DNA from: a virus
IMG/VR virus record: IMGVR_UViG_3300044613_001835
Span: 7,728-71,727 of that record
DNA length: 64,000 nt
Reading direction: 5' to 3' (one strand)
The notes beneath the pieces were generated by a model. The model did not search any database, was not told where the DNA came from, and was given only the letters and a program-made list of their open reading frames with translations. Positions 14,095 to 24,106 of the stretch are shown piece by piece (within the stretch, counting starts at the first letter, position 1; every line of letters begins with the position of its first letter). The translations under genes were made by a program, and so were the position numbers.

Positions 14095-15552
14095 TTAGTT
14101 TACATCCCTAATAATTTGAATTATTTTTTTATGTTCTATTGATTTTGTTACTTCACTTTCAAGCCAAGCAGAAGCAGTTATGTTTTCTGTATATCTTTTT
14201 AGATTATTTGATAAAAAATTATATTCTTGTAAAATTGCATCATTATCAAATAAATTAAGACCAGCCATAACAACAGCAAAGTTGGCTGCAGAAAACATAG
14301 CGTAGGTAGAATAATTCATAAAATCTTCAGCGATTGGAAGTTTTGTTTTCCATCTTTCTAAATTATATTTTAAAGACTCTGGAATTTCTACACTTAAAAT
14401 ATTTTTCCAAAATTCAGTGTCATTTCTTTTTGTTAAATAATGCAACACAATAAAGTCTCTAATATTTTCTGTTATTTTTTCAAATGATTCATTATAATCT
14501 TTTATAACTCTTTCATCATAGTTTTGAATTTTATGCATTAACAAAAAACTTTGTTGAATTGTTAATCCAATTGAGGTTGCTTCTAATGGTTCAAAGAAAC
14601 ATCCGCTTAATCCCATTGCAACACAGTTTTTACTCCAGACATTTTCTAAAGCGCCAGGATCAAACTCAAAAGTTTTTCCAATCTCTACTTCATGTCCAAG
14701 TTCTTTTTCTACCTCTAATTTTGCTTCGTCAGCAGTTATAAAGTTTTTGTCGTATATGTATCCATTTCCGTGACGGCCCCAAGTTGGTATCTTAAATCTC
14801 CAGCCTGCATCCATTGCTTTTGCCAATGTCCAATAATTGTAATTGTCTTCATCTCCTGTTGGAAATGTAATTGCAGAGTTTAATTTTAAATATTTGCTAA
14901 AAGATTTCCATTTAACGTCTAATTTATTCATTAAAATTCTATTGAATCCTGTTGCATCTATATAAAAATCACTTTTATATTTTGATTTTTCTCCAACTAT
15001 AAAATCAATAAAACCCGTTTCGTCTAGTTGAACTTCAACTATATCATCATCAAAAACATTAATGCCTGTTGCAACGGCTTTCTTTTTTAAAAAATCATTT
15101 AATTTAAAAGTATTAAAATGATACTGGTTTGTTGGTGCCGAAGAGTCTATATTTATTGCACTTGGAGGAACTAAATTATTTACAATACTTTCTGGATAAA
15201 GATTTAAATTTTCAGGTATTTGTTTTCCATATACGTTAAGGTATTGTCCAGACTTTGATGCGTATGGATGATAAACAGAATGTAAATATTTTTTATCTTT
15301 TATCCAATTATCAAACATAACACCTATTTTAAATGTTGCATCGCACTCTAAAATAATTTCACTATCTTTAATTCCAAGAAAATTCATAAATTCTTTAAAA
15401 TGTTCTGTTGATCCTTCACCTACACCGACAATGCCAATATTTGAAGAATAAATTAAATTTACATCTAGGTTGCTGCGATTTTTTAAAATAAGTGCAGAAA
15501 CTAAACCAGCGGTCCCACCGCCAACAACGGTCAAACTTTTTACGTTTTTCAT
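14095..15552 (-). CDS. Tryptophan halogenase-like flavin-dependent enzyme
   Basis: GGGTAG FAD motif, VGEGST, ATFKIG (catalytic Lys position), GWRFKIP, FFEPLEATS. Confidence 0.85.
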   Translation of the reverse strand: MKNVKSLTVVGGGTAGLVSALILKNRSNLDVNLIYSSNIGIVGVGEGSTEHFKEFMNFLGIKDSEIILECDATFKIGVMFDNWIKDKKYLHSVYHPYASKSGQYLNVYGKQIPENLNLYPESIVNNLVPPSAINIDSSAPTNQYHFNTFKLNDFLKKKAVATGINVFDDDIVEVQLDETGFIDFIVGEKSKYKSDFYIDATGFNRILMNKLDVKWKSFSKYLKLNSAITFPTGDEDNYNYWTLAKAMDAGWRFKIPTWGRHGNGYIYDKNFITADEAKLEVEKELGHEVEIGKTFEFDPGALENVWSKNCVAMGLSGCFFEPLEATSIGLTIQQSFLLMHKIQNYDERVIKDYNESFEKITENIRDFIVLHYLTKRNDTEFWKNILSVEIPESLKYNLERWKTKLPIAEDFMNYSTYAMFSAANFAVVMAGLNLFDNDAILQEYNFLSNNLKRYTENITASAWLESEVTKSIEHKKIIQIIRDVN

Positions 15553-16127
15553 TATTTATTTACCCCTATCGCTTTATCCCAATTATTAATAGCCCAATGC
15601 CCGATACCACAAGCGTCAGCAACGTCGTTGTCGCTAATAATTTTATCATAATTAATTTCAATTATTTTTATAGTCCTTTCTTTTCTAATTTGCCTCTCGT
15701 ATGCCTTATACCAAGATTCTGATTTTCCAGGGGATTTTAGCCTAATTGTAATCTGTTCTTCTTTTGTTAATTTTTTGTTTCCTAAATAATTTTGCCAAGT
15801 TATGGGTGCTACTGTTCCTATAGTTTTTGTTCCAGTTAACCCTGCTGCACCCAAAAGTGCGCCTTGAACCAATGCTAGATCTGCAGCAGTTTTAGGACTA
15901 TTCATAAATACAGTATGTTCAATTATAACTGCTTCAAATCCTCCACAATATTCAAAAAATGCTTTTGTTTTAGCGCAAGCATCCATAACCTTTTCGTAAT
16001 TTGTTTTTCCTTCAAAATTAATTTTACCAATATCTCCCAAAGTCTTATCATTAAAAATAGCAAAAGCAAGACTATTGGTACTTGCATCAATAGCACAAAT
16101 TGTTTTGGGATTACCATTGTTGTTCAT
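15552..16127 (-). CDS. RuvC-like Holliday junction resolvase
   Basis: CAIDAS, VIIEH and DNDVADACGIG catalytic pattern. Confidence 0.8.
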   Translation of the reverse strand: MNNNGNPKTICAIDASTNSLAFAIFNDKTLGDIGKINFEGKTNYEKVMDACAKTKAFFEYCGGFEAVIIEHTVFMNSPKTAADLALVQGALLGAAGLTGTKTIGTVAPITWQNYLGNKKLTKEEQITIRLKSPGKSESWYKAYERQIRKERTIKIIEINYDKIISDNDVADACGIGHWAINNWDKAIGVNK

Positions 16128-16404
16128 AGTCAATAAATCCTTTTATTTGTTTTAACATTTTATCTACTTCTTTTTTATTTACATTGCAATTAGAACAAAA
16201 CCCAGAATCATTGTATATTGAAAGTTGTTCTTTACAACCACCAAGACAAAGCCTTTTCTTTCCTTTTCTTTTTTGTCTGCGAGTTATTTGATACCTTTCG
16301 GCTATCTTCGCTTTTGTTGCTTCTTCTCTGCAAAAGTTTCCACAATAAATTTGATAACTTACTTTAGGTTTAAACGGGGTCTCGCATCTTTCACACAATT
16401 TCAC
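16111..16404 (-). CDS. Cys-rich zinc-finger protein
   Basis: CxxC..CxxxC..CxxxC..CxxC pattern. Confidence 0.7.
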   Translation of the reverse strand: MKLCERCETPFKPKVSYQIYCGNFCREEATKAKIAERYQITRRQKRKGKKRLCLGGCKEQLSIYNDSGFCSNCNVNKKEVDKMLKQIKGFIDYEQQW

Positions 16405-16409
16405 ATTAA

Positions 16410-17270
16410 TTAACCCTCTTCATCCTTTAATAATACCAAAGGTTTAATCTTTATTGTGCCTGGCCCTGCCTCAGCACATGCTTTTTGAATTGGACAGACT
16501 TTACAAATTTTTGAATTTGAGCGATATGGAATTTCTGGCAAATTTTGATCTTGCCAATTTTTATAAACTATTCTCATCCACTCAAAAGCCTGCTCTACCC
16601 AATTACGATAATGTTCATTTACTACTACAGGCAATGTAAGTAACTCGTGATTATTTTTATTTTCATAAATCATAACACCTTTACGAATTTTTAAAACTTT
16701 CATATACATTAATAATTGCATTAGGTGACCCATCTTAGGTCGTCTACTTATTTTTTTGTATTGAAATCCATCATTAGGCATTGTCTTTATTTCACCAATA
16801 AGTCTTTCACCTTTATAGTCAAGCATTACATCGCCATATCCGTCAAATGGTGGATCATCAGTTTTAACTCTAAATTCCATTGCTGGATGAGTTTGCTTGT
16901 TATATTTTCTTGGAAGTGGATCAAACTCCATATCTTCTGCAAGCAATCCAGATGCTGCTATTGCTTCTTGAATTCTTTCATGCCCAAGACTTCCCTGTGT
17001 TCTATTTGCTACACCAAAAGCATCTGCATTGTCATAAAATATTTGACCTTCAAATGCTAAATGCCAATATCTTGGGCACTCTCCAGAGCCGTAGGTTAAA
17101 TTAGATGCAGAAAAATTATTTTTCTTTGTAAATTTTGGTTTTGTTTTAGCAAGGTATCCAGAGTTAATTGCGTCTACTAAACCTTCAACAAAACCTTCGT
17201 CTTCTTCAGTATTTGTAACCTTACTTTTGGTATCTTTAATCATAACTTGTTTTAATAAATTTTTAGCCAT
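16410..17270 (-). CDS. Solo Cas4-like PD-(D/E)XK exonuclease
   Basis: CPR, D..EIKT, QLLMY and C-terminal CKVCPIQKAC Fe-S ligands. Confidence 0.85.
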   Translation of the reverse strand: MAKNLLKQVMIKDTKSKVTNTEEDEGFVEGLVDAINSGYLAKTKPKFTKKNNFSASNLTYGSGECPRYWHLAFEGQIFYDNADAFGVANRTQGSLGHERIQEAIAASGLLAEDMEFDPLPRKYNKQTHPAMEFRVKTDDPPFDGYGDVMLDYKGERLIGEIKTMPNDGFQYKKISRRPKMGHLMQLLMYMKVLKIRKGVMIYENKNNHELLTLPVVVNEHYRNWVEQAFEWMRIVYKNWQDQNLPEIPYRSNSKICKVCPIQKACAEAGPGTIKIKPLVLLKDEEG

Positions 17271-17302
17271 TTTTATCCTTTGTTTGTATTAAGTATAGCA
17301 GG

Positions 17303-17608
17303 TTAGCGCATTATATATTTAAGCGCTGACACCAAGTTGTTTATAGATTCTGCTGCTGTGTAATATATGTTCTTTTTGGCACGATCATTTTTGTCTACAT
17401 TGGCCATCCAGGTAGCCCTGAAAGCCATCTTTGCTGCTATTGCTTGAAGCCTTACTATCTCAATACTTGCTACTTGAGCAGGAATGTCTGGCTTAATTAT
17501 TACCTTGGCAATAAATGTTAGGGCAGCAGTAAGTTCTTCATCTTGCATATAGTCTGCAATTTCTACAAGCCCATTAACCATCTCTAGTGTTGTTTTTTCT
17601 GTTGTCAT
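17303..17608 (-). CDS. Helical hypothetical protein
   Basis: ORF in the replication operon; ATGA overlap with the upstream stop. Confidence 0.7.
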   Translation of the reverse strand: MTTEKTTLEMVNGLVEIADYMQDEELTAALTFIAKVIIKPDIPAQVASIEIVRLQAIAAKMAFRATWMANVDKNDRAKKNIYYTAAESINNLVSALKYIMR

Positions 17609-18789
17609 TTTTTAACTAACCTCCTTGTTATTGGCATAGTGCTGATTGTGCTTAATATTGCCATTATTAGTAATGCAGTAAACATTTGAGATGTAATTAT
17701 TCCCTTATCTAATAAAACTGTACAAAAAATAATTTCAATTAAAGCCTTTGTTTGAAGTAGTACCCCAATAACAAAAGCATCTGTTTTTTTCCATTTCAGA
17801 ATTTTTCCAGCAATCAAAACTCCTAAAATCTTTGACATAAATTGTACAATTAACAGAATAATAGCAACAAGTATTACAAATGTACCAGATACAGACCAAC
17901 CAGTTTTTAAACCAGTAATAAGAAAAAACACTGGCATAAGAATTAAAAGTATATTATCTCTAAACATTTTCATTTCATTTTTATTAAACCATTCAGACTT
18001 CATTGTTACTCCAGCAAGGAATGCACCAACCATATAATGTAATCCAGACCAATCTGCTGCAAATCCAACCACAATAATCCAAAGCATTGCTATTGCCCAG
18101 CGATCACGAGATTCTGGAACTTTTGCAATAAGTTTGTTTAATAAATAAGAAAATAATACAAATATTGGTAAGAAAATTATTTGTCTAATAACTCTTTGCC
18201 AATCCATAATAATAATAGCAAGTACTGCCCAAATAAAAATATCATCTAGGCTTGCATATCTTAATGTTCTTTTACCTAATTCTTTATTAAAAATTCCAAG
18301 TTTTTCCATAAGGAGAATTAAAATTGGTAATGCAGTTACTGCTGTAGCCATTCCAACTCCAAAAGTAAATTGCCATGTACTAGCATTATTACCTTCCCAT
18401 CCAGGATAATTTGAAATAATTAATGCAAGAATAGAACCAAAACATAGAGGAGTTAAAAGAGCAAATGCAGATGTTACCAGTGTGTCTTTCTTTTTAGTAA
18501 TTGCCTCTTTTAAATTTAATTCAACGCCAGCGGTCCAAACGAATAACATTACACCCCACCAGGCTATTCCGCTTAAAACCTTAATATTATCTTCTGTAAA
18601 TATTGTATTATAAAATTCTGGAAACTGTTTTCCAAGTATTCCTGGTCCAAGAATAATTCCAGAAACAATTTGAACCACTGCTAATGGCATATAGTTGTCT
18701 GTTTTAAAAAATTTCCAAAAAAGATATGGGAGTAAAAAAATAACAAGCAAACTAACTAGAAATATTTCTGTTGGATTTCTTAATATCAT
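17605..18789 (-). CDS. Cation/H+ antiporter (CPA2/KefB-like)
   Basis: About 12 TM helices; GIILGPGILG, AGVELN, TALPIL, ASLDD, GAFLAG and PVFF..TG motifs. Confidence 0.9.
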   Translation of the reverse strand: MILRNPTEIFLVSLLVIFLLPYLFWKFFKTDNYMPLAVVQIVSGIILGPGILGKQFPEFYNTIFTEDNIKVLSGIAWWGVMLFVWTAGVELNLKEAITKKKDTLVTSAFALLTPLCFGSILALIISNYPGWEGNNASTWQFTFGVGMATAVTALPILILLMEKLGIFNKELGKRTLRYASLDDIFIWAVLAIIIMDWQRVIRQIIFLPIFVLFSYLLNKLIAKVPESRDRWAIAMLWIIVVGFAADWSGLHYMVGAFLAGVTMKSEWFNKNEMKMFRDNILLILMPVFFLITGLKTGWSVSGTFVILVAIILLIVQFMSKILGVLIAGKILKWKKTDAFVIGVLLQTKALIEIIFCTVLLDKGIITSQMFTALLIMAILSTISTMPITRRLVKK

Positions 18790-19080
18790 CTATTTCTCCT
18801 CTGTTAATTGCTCTAGCATGTTCATTTCAATTATAGCAAGCCTTACCTTTGTATTACCTTCTCCAAGAATTACAACAATTGCTGGAGATTTATCTCTACC
18901 CGCCTGAATAGAATCAGTAACAGCCTTGGCCCAAATATCTTTATTTAATGTAAAAGATTTTTTGCTTTCTTTAAAGTCAACAACAAATCCTCTCCAAGTA
19001 GCATCACCCTTTTTAGTGTTACGACCAGAGTTTTTATGTTGTTTTGCTCCTATTCTTTTTGATTCATTTTTTTCTGTCAC
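18790..19080 (-). CDS. Hjc-like PD-(D/E)XK resolvase-type nuclease
   Basis: E..R, NSGR...KGDA, VVDFKES. GTG 19080 overlaps the upstream TGA, favoured over 19098. Confidence 0.6.
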   Translation of the reverse strand: MTEKNESKRIGAKQHKNSGRNTKKGDATWRGFVVDFKESKKSFTLNKDIWAKAVTDSIQAGRDKSPAIVVILGEGNTKVRLAIIEMNMLEQLTEEK

Positions 19081-19655
19081 TTTTTTATCCATGCCCAAAC
19101 ATTATCATGAATACTTAAAATATTATCTTCACCTATATTATTTTTAAAATTTAAAATTGCATCTTGTAAAATATTCCAACAGTGACCAGAAATAATTCCA
19201 CCTATTTTTATTTTTTTATACCAATTACTAATATCTTTATGTGTCATTTCTAAACTTTGTGTTGCATCATAAAAAAGTAAATCTATAGATTCTTTATCAA
19301 ACATTGATAAGGCTAGGTCAGATTCTAAATTTATTAACTCTATTTTTTCTTGAAATCCACTAAATTTAATATTATGCTCTGCAAGAATTTTTAAATTATC
19401 AACTTCTTTTTTACCAAAATGATCATTATTTTCTACCCATGTTGTAGTATAAGGTATATATGGATCTATTGTATATATTTTTTTAATATTGGGGCAGTGC
19501 TGAGCAAGCATACATACTGTTGTACCAGCACCAGTTCCTACTTCTACGATAGTAGAATTTTTAGGTAAATATAGATTAATTAAATGAATTAAACTTTGTC
19601 CATAAATATTTTTATCTAAAAAATTATAAAATCCTGTATCAATTTTATTATTCAC
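19077..19655 (-). CDS. Class I SAM methyltransferase (Methyltransf_24-like)
   Basis: IVEVGTGAG, TIDPY, IDLLFYDA, KIGGIISGH motifs. Confidence 0.8.
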   Translation of the reverse strand: MNNKIDTGFYNFLDKNIYGQSLIHLINLYLPKNSTIVEVGTGAGTTVCMLAQHCPNIKKIYTIDPYIPYTTTWVENNDHFGKKEVDNLKILAEHNIKFSGFQEKIELINLESDLALSMFDKESIDLLFYDATQSLEMTHKDISNWYKKIKIGGIISGHCWNILQDAILNFKNNIGEDNILSIHDNVWAWIKK

Positions 19656-19834
19656 TTTAAATAGTCTCTTTTCTTTTTTTTAATAGGAATTAAGTTAACT
19701 TTTGAAATATGTTTTTGCGAACACATCCAAGTAGCATCTCCAGTTTTTGCATAAAACCTTAACACTTTTACAATTTCTTGACAAGTTTTACAAGGCCATT
19801 TACCTTCATATGTAGAAAAATTTTGTTCAGACAT
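19652..19834 (-). CDS. Small zinc-ribbon protein
   Basis: CKTC...WMCSQKH; overlaps the recA stop. Confidence 0.65.
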   Translation of the reverse strand: MSEQNFSTYEGKWPCKTCQEIVKVLRFYAKTGDATWMCSQKHISKVNLIPIKKKKRDYLK

Positions 19835-20840
19835 TAATTATTTTTGTCCTAAGTGTTTCTTGTAAATCTAAATCTTCTTTAACACGATTAATTAAACCAT
19901 CACGACCTTGTACTTTTGTTCCATCATCTAATTGATACCATGCGCCAGTTCTATTAAGTAAGCCAATTGACTCTGCAGTATCAACTAAATCTCCAATTGC
20001 ATCAATGCCAATATTATCACCTCTAAAATAAAAATCATATTCGCCAGATTGAAATCCTGGAGAAGTTTTGGAGAATTGAAGTTCCCAGCGAATCTTTCTA
20101 CCAATTTTTTCTTCAATTAGTTTGTCACCAATTTTAATTTTTCCTTTAAGTGCTTGGTTATCAGATTCTGAAGAAAATAATTTAATTACACAAGAAGAAT
20201 AAAACTTGGTGGCCTGACCACCAGATGGTTGCTGACTTGTGTACATTGCATTAATATTATTTCTAGACTGAGAAATAAGAACAAGAAGTGTAGGCTTTAC
20301 TTTATTATTTGCATAATTAAGCATCTTCCAGGCATTACTAAAATCTCTAGACTCAGCGCCAATCTGTTTTGTATTTTCAAGTGCTTTCATTTCATCCGAA
20401 TCTTTTTCAAAATATATAGCAGGAAGCATTGAGGTAATTGAGTCAATTACGATTAGATCAACACCAGCATTTATTAGTCCTACACCAACATCTACCATAT
20501 CGCTAATAGTACGTGCTTGTGAATAAATCAGTTTTGTTGGATCTACCCCTAATTGTTTTGCCCAATCTTCTGAGTACGACATTTCAGAATCAATCCAGGC
20601 GCATACCTTACCTTCTTTTTGTGCTAAAGCAATCATTTGCAAACACATAGAAGATTTAGCAGAAGACTTGCTGCCCCAAATTAGTACCTGCCTACCGTAA
20701 GGTAAGCCTCCTCCTAATGCACGATTTAAACCAAAACTTGGCGTTGGCTGATATTCAAAATTAATTCCCTCTCCAGTTCCAAGTCGCTTTCTAATTTTTG
20801 GGTCTAACTGAGATAATACATCTTCTACACTAACCGACAT
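19827..20840 (-). CDS. recA: RecA-like recombinase
   Basis: LNRALGGGLPYGR, Walker A variant GSKSSAKS, WIDSE, VIDS, SGGQATKFYSS, GAWY. Confidence 0.93.
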   Translation of the reverse strand: MSVSVEDVLSQLDPKIRKRLGTGEGINFEYQPTPSFGLNRALGGGLPYGRQVLIWGSKSSAKSSMCLQMIALAQKEGKVCAWIDSEMSYSEDWAKQLGVDPTKLIYSQARTISDMVDVGVGLINAGVDLIVIDSITSMLPAIYFEKDSDEMKALENTKQIGAESRDFSNAWKMLNYANNKVKPTLLVLISQSRNNINAMYTSQQPSGGQATKFYSSCVIKLFSSESDNQALKGKIKIGDKLIEEKIGRKIRWELQFSKTSPGFQSGEYDFYFRGDNIGIDAIGDLVDTAESIGLLNRTGAWYQLDDGTKVQGRDGLINRVKEDLDLQETLRTKIINV

Positions 20841-23800
20841 TTACATCCTCCATTATAACGGTTCCATCTTTGGTTTTACCAAAACTAAATTTATATGCAT
20901 TGCCTTCTTGAACATGCATGTAGGCTTTTGGAAATGCTGTTGGGAATACTGTAACAGAGTGTAAGTCTCGTGCAGTATCTGCTAATGTAAGTGAAGCCAT
21001 TTTTTTTCCAGCCTTTGTAATTCTTGGTTTAAAAGAAACAACAAACATTTCGTCTTCTTTATAAGGCAGTTGCTTATAACTTAAGAATTTAATTAATGCA
21101 TTTGAAGATTCTTTTATTTCATCTACAGGAATTGCAGAAACGATCCTGTTATCGCTAGCAAGAATTAAATAGGTACGACCTGTCTCAATAGTCGTTGATT
21201 CTTCATCAAATATACCAACAGAGCCTGTCTTATCAAGAACTTCAACTCGTGACCACCCAGTTCCTCTTTTAATTGTTTTAACCATTCCCATTAATATGAA
21301 AGAACCCTTTTCTTCAAAATCTTCCACATCATTAATAAATGCATAGTAGTGGGATGGAATTGTAATATTAAACTCTGGAAGGTTTAGATAATCATACAGG
21401 TTCTCTTTAATCTCATCATCATTTCTTGGATTATCTGGAAATGTAGCAGCACCAATTGATCTTAATGCCTGTAATGCACGACTATTAACCCCATTCCCTT
21501 TAGTAAAAGTAAATTCCTCAAGTTCTTTATAAGATTTAAATGGTCTTGCTGCAATGTACCTTTCTGCAATTGTGTCAGATATGTACTTAATAGCACTAAG
21601 CCCAAAACGAATACCCTTACCCTCAATCTTAAAATCTGTATCTGAATCATTAATATGAGGTAGTTTAATTGAAATACCCATGCGCTTAGCCTCAATTAGA
21701 TATTCTGTGCGACCATCTTTATCTTTTTCATTTTTAAGAAGTGCAAACATAAATTCAAGAGGATAATAATACTTTAACCACGCCGTCCAATACGAGACTG
21801 TAGAGTAAGCAACCGCATGACTCTTGTTGAATGAGTAGCCCGCATGCGCTTCAAAGTCATGCCATAAATCAAGAGCCTGATTGGGACTAATATAGGCAGA
21901 AGCACCTTTAACGAACTTGTCTTTGAATACATCAAACTCTTTAGCATCTTTTTTCTTGCCAATGATTTTTCTAACTTTATCTGCTTCCGACATGGACATG
22001 CCTCCAAGGTATACGCATGCTTGCATAACCTGTTCCTGGTATAAAACACAGCCATAAGTGTCCTCCGTAAATGGTTTCATTACCTGATGACTATATGATA
22101 CCGACTGTTTTCCATGCTTACGAGCAATATAGTCTTTACCAATAGTGTTCATAGCACCTGGACGAACAAGAGCATTAGATGCAGCAAGTTCGTTTAAGTT
22201 TTTTACACCCATCTTAACGAGAAGGTTTGTGTAAGGAGTTGCCTCACATTGAAACACTCCTTTAGTAAATCCGCTTGATAACATTTCATATACATTAGCA
22301 TCTTCAAGATTAATTTCTAATAAATTAATATCTTTAAAGTGATTTGTTTTAATCATATCAATAGTATCTTTAATAACGCTAAGAGTCTTTAGGCCTAGTG
22401 CATCAATCTTAACTAAGCCAATTCTTTCTGCCTCTTCCATGTCAACTCCAACAACTGGTATACGTTCATCGCTGCCAGTAGAAGATCTTGTTTCCATAGG
22501 GGCATGCCTAAATATTGGTTCTTTTGCAGTTACAACACCAGCAGCATGAATTCCTGTACCACGAATACGACCACGAAGTTGTTCTCCGTATATCTCTACT
22601 TCTGGATATTTATTGCGAAAGTCTAGCGTTGATTTAGAACTACAAAAATCATCCCATGTATCTACGGTTTTTAACACTTTGTTTACATCTGAAAGAGGAA
22701 TGTTTAATACTCTTGATACATCACGAACAATGCCTTTACCAGTAAACTGTAAGAAGGTAGCAATAGATGCAACATGCCTATATTGTCTAACAAGATAATC
22801 TTTTACTTCTTCACGACGAGAATCCTGAATGTCGGTGTCAATATCTGGAAAGTCATTACGCTCTGGATTAATAAAGCGGAAGAACAATAGGCCATACTTG
22901 ATAGGGTCAATATCTGTAATACCAAGTGCATAACAAACTAAAGATCCCGCAGAAGATCCACGACCTGGACCAACCATAATTTTTTCTTTTTTAGCCCAAG
23001 CAATCATACTCTGAACAACAAGAAAATATGAATCAAAGTTTTTTGATTTAATAATTTCCAACTCTTCATCTAGTCTATCTAGATAAACTTTGTCTAAATC
23101 TAAACCACGATCCTTTAAACCTTGTATAGCAATAGACCTAAGTTCTTTGGCAGGATTTTTATACTGGACTGGTAATAAATTTAAACCATCCTTAATATCA
23201 TAATCTTCAATCTTATCTGCAATGGCTATAGAGTTGATATACATATCTTCTCTCACTATACCCTGCAATTCCATGGCAACCTTCATCTCATCATAAGATA
23301 AAAGGTGAATGTCAAACTTATTGAATGACATTTGTCGGTCTTCGCCATACAAGTAGTCTAGGCGTTGCAGCATATTGCCTTTCTTTTTTGATTTTTCATA
23401 TGTTGCATCTTTTTGCACCTTTGCGTGAGAGTTCATAAGTAACTTAAACTCTTGTATTTCCTTTTGTGAATCGTCAACATGGTGACAGTCTGGTGTTACT
23501 ACAACTTCAACCTTAAACTCATCTGCAAGATCTGATAACTGCTTATTAACTTCTGCACCATTGTGTGGCATTAACTCCATATAGAAGTCATCTTTAAATA
23601 CTTTTTTAAACCATTCAATATGCTTCTTTGCCTGAGCATACTCTCCATGCTCAATAGCCTTTGCAATGATACCGCTTAGACATCCAGATAAAACAATAAT
23701 GCCTTCGCTGTACTTCTCAAGAACTTCAAAGTCAAAGCGTGGCTTACTGAAATATCCTTCAGTCCAAGCAATTTCATTAATCTTGTTTAGATTCTCTAAA

Positions 23801-24105
23801 CCAAGTTGGTTCTTAGCGAGAAGGATAATGTGGTTATAGACCATATCAGTTGGCTCAGTGCGTTCTGCTTTTGCCCTCTTATCAAATCTATCAGCACAAA
23901 AATATCCTTCTACGCCAAGAATAGGCTTTACACCTTTTGCTTTTGCAATTCGGTACAGTTCCCGATGCCCAGATAAAGTTCCGTGATCTGTGATAGCCAA
24001 TGCTGGCATACCAAGTTCAACTGCTCGGTCAATATATTCTTCTGGAGTAGCAACACCATCAAATAATGAATAGTGTGTGTGTACGTGTAAGCCTACGTAA
24101 CTCAT
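20830..24105 (-). CDS. dnaE: DNA polymerase III alpha subunit with PHP domain
   Basis: HVHTHYSLFDG, GPGRGSSAGSL, FPDIDTD, KIDALGL, YSFNKSHA; no intein apparent. Confidence 0.97.
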   Translation of the reverse strand: MSYVGLHVHTHYSLFDGVATPEEYIDRAVELGMPALAITDHGTLSGHRELYRIAKAKGVKPILGVEGYFCADRFDKRAKAERTEPTDMVYNHIILLAKNQLGLENLNKINEIAWTEGYFSKPRFDFEVLEKYSEGIIVLSGCLSGIIAKAIEHGEYAQAKKHIEWFKKVFKDDFYMELMPHNGAEVNKQLSDLADEFKVEVVVTPDCHHVDDSQKEIQEFKLLMNSHAKVQKDATYEKSKKKGNMLQRLDYLYGEDRQMSFNKFDIHLLSYDEMKVAMELQGIVREDMYINSIAIADKIEDYDIKDGLNLLPVQYKNPAKELRSIAIQGLKDRGLDLDKVYLDRLDEELEIIKSKNFDSYFLVVQSMIAWAKKEKIMVGPGRGSSAGSLVCYALGITDIDPIKYGLLFFRFINPERNDFPDIDTDIQDSRREEVKDYLVRQYRHVASIATFLQFTGKGIVRDVSRVLNIPLSDVNKVLKTVDTWDDFCSSKSTLDFRNKYPEVEIYGEQLRGRIRGTGIHAAGVVTAKEPIFRHAPMETRSSTGSDERIPVVGVDMEEAERIGLVKIDALGLKTLSVIKDTIDMIKTNHFKDINLLEINLEDANVYEMLSSGFTKGVFQCEATPYTNLLVKMGVKNLNELAASNALVRPGAMNTIGKDYIARKHGKQSVSYSHQVMKPFTEDTYGCVLYQEQVMQACVYLGGMSMSEADKVRKIIGKKKDAKEFDVFKDKFVKGASAYISPNQALDLWHDFEAHAGYSFNKSHAVAYSTVSYWTAWLKYYYPLEFMFALLKNEKDKDGRTEYLIEAKRMGISIKLPHINDSDTDFKIEGKGIRFGLSAIKYISDTIAERYIAARPFKSYKELEEFTFTKGNGVNSRALQALRSIGAATFPDNPRNDDEIKENLYDYLNLPEFNITIPSHYYAFINDVEDFEEKGSFILMGMVKTIKRGTGWSRVEVLDKTGSVGIFDEESTTIETGRTYLILASDNRIVSAIPVDEIKESSNALIKFLSYKQLPYKEDEMFVVSFKPRITKAGKKMASLTLADTARDLHSVTVFPTAFPKAYMHVQEGNAYKFSFGKTKDGTVIMEDVNVG

Positions 24106-24106
24106 C

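Noticed and set aside
16410-17270. CRISPR-Cas system suggested by the Cas4-like gene
   Set aside because: No repeat-spacer array or other cas genes are visible; solo Cas4-like nucleases are common in phages.
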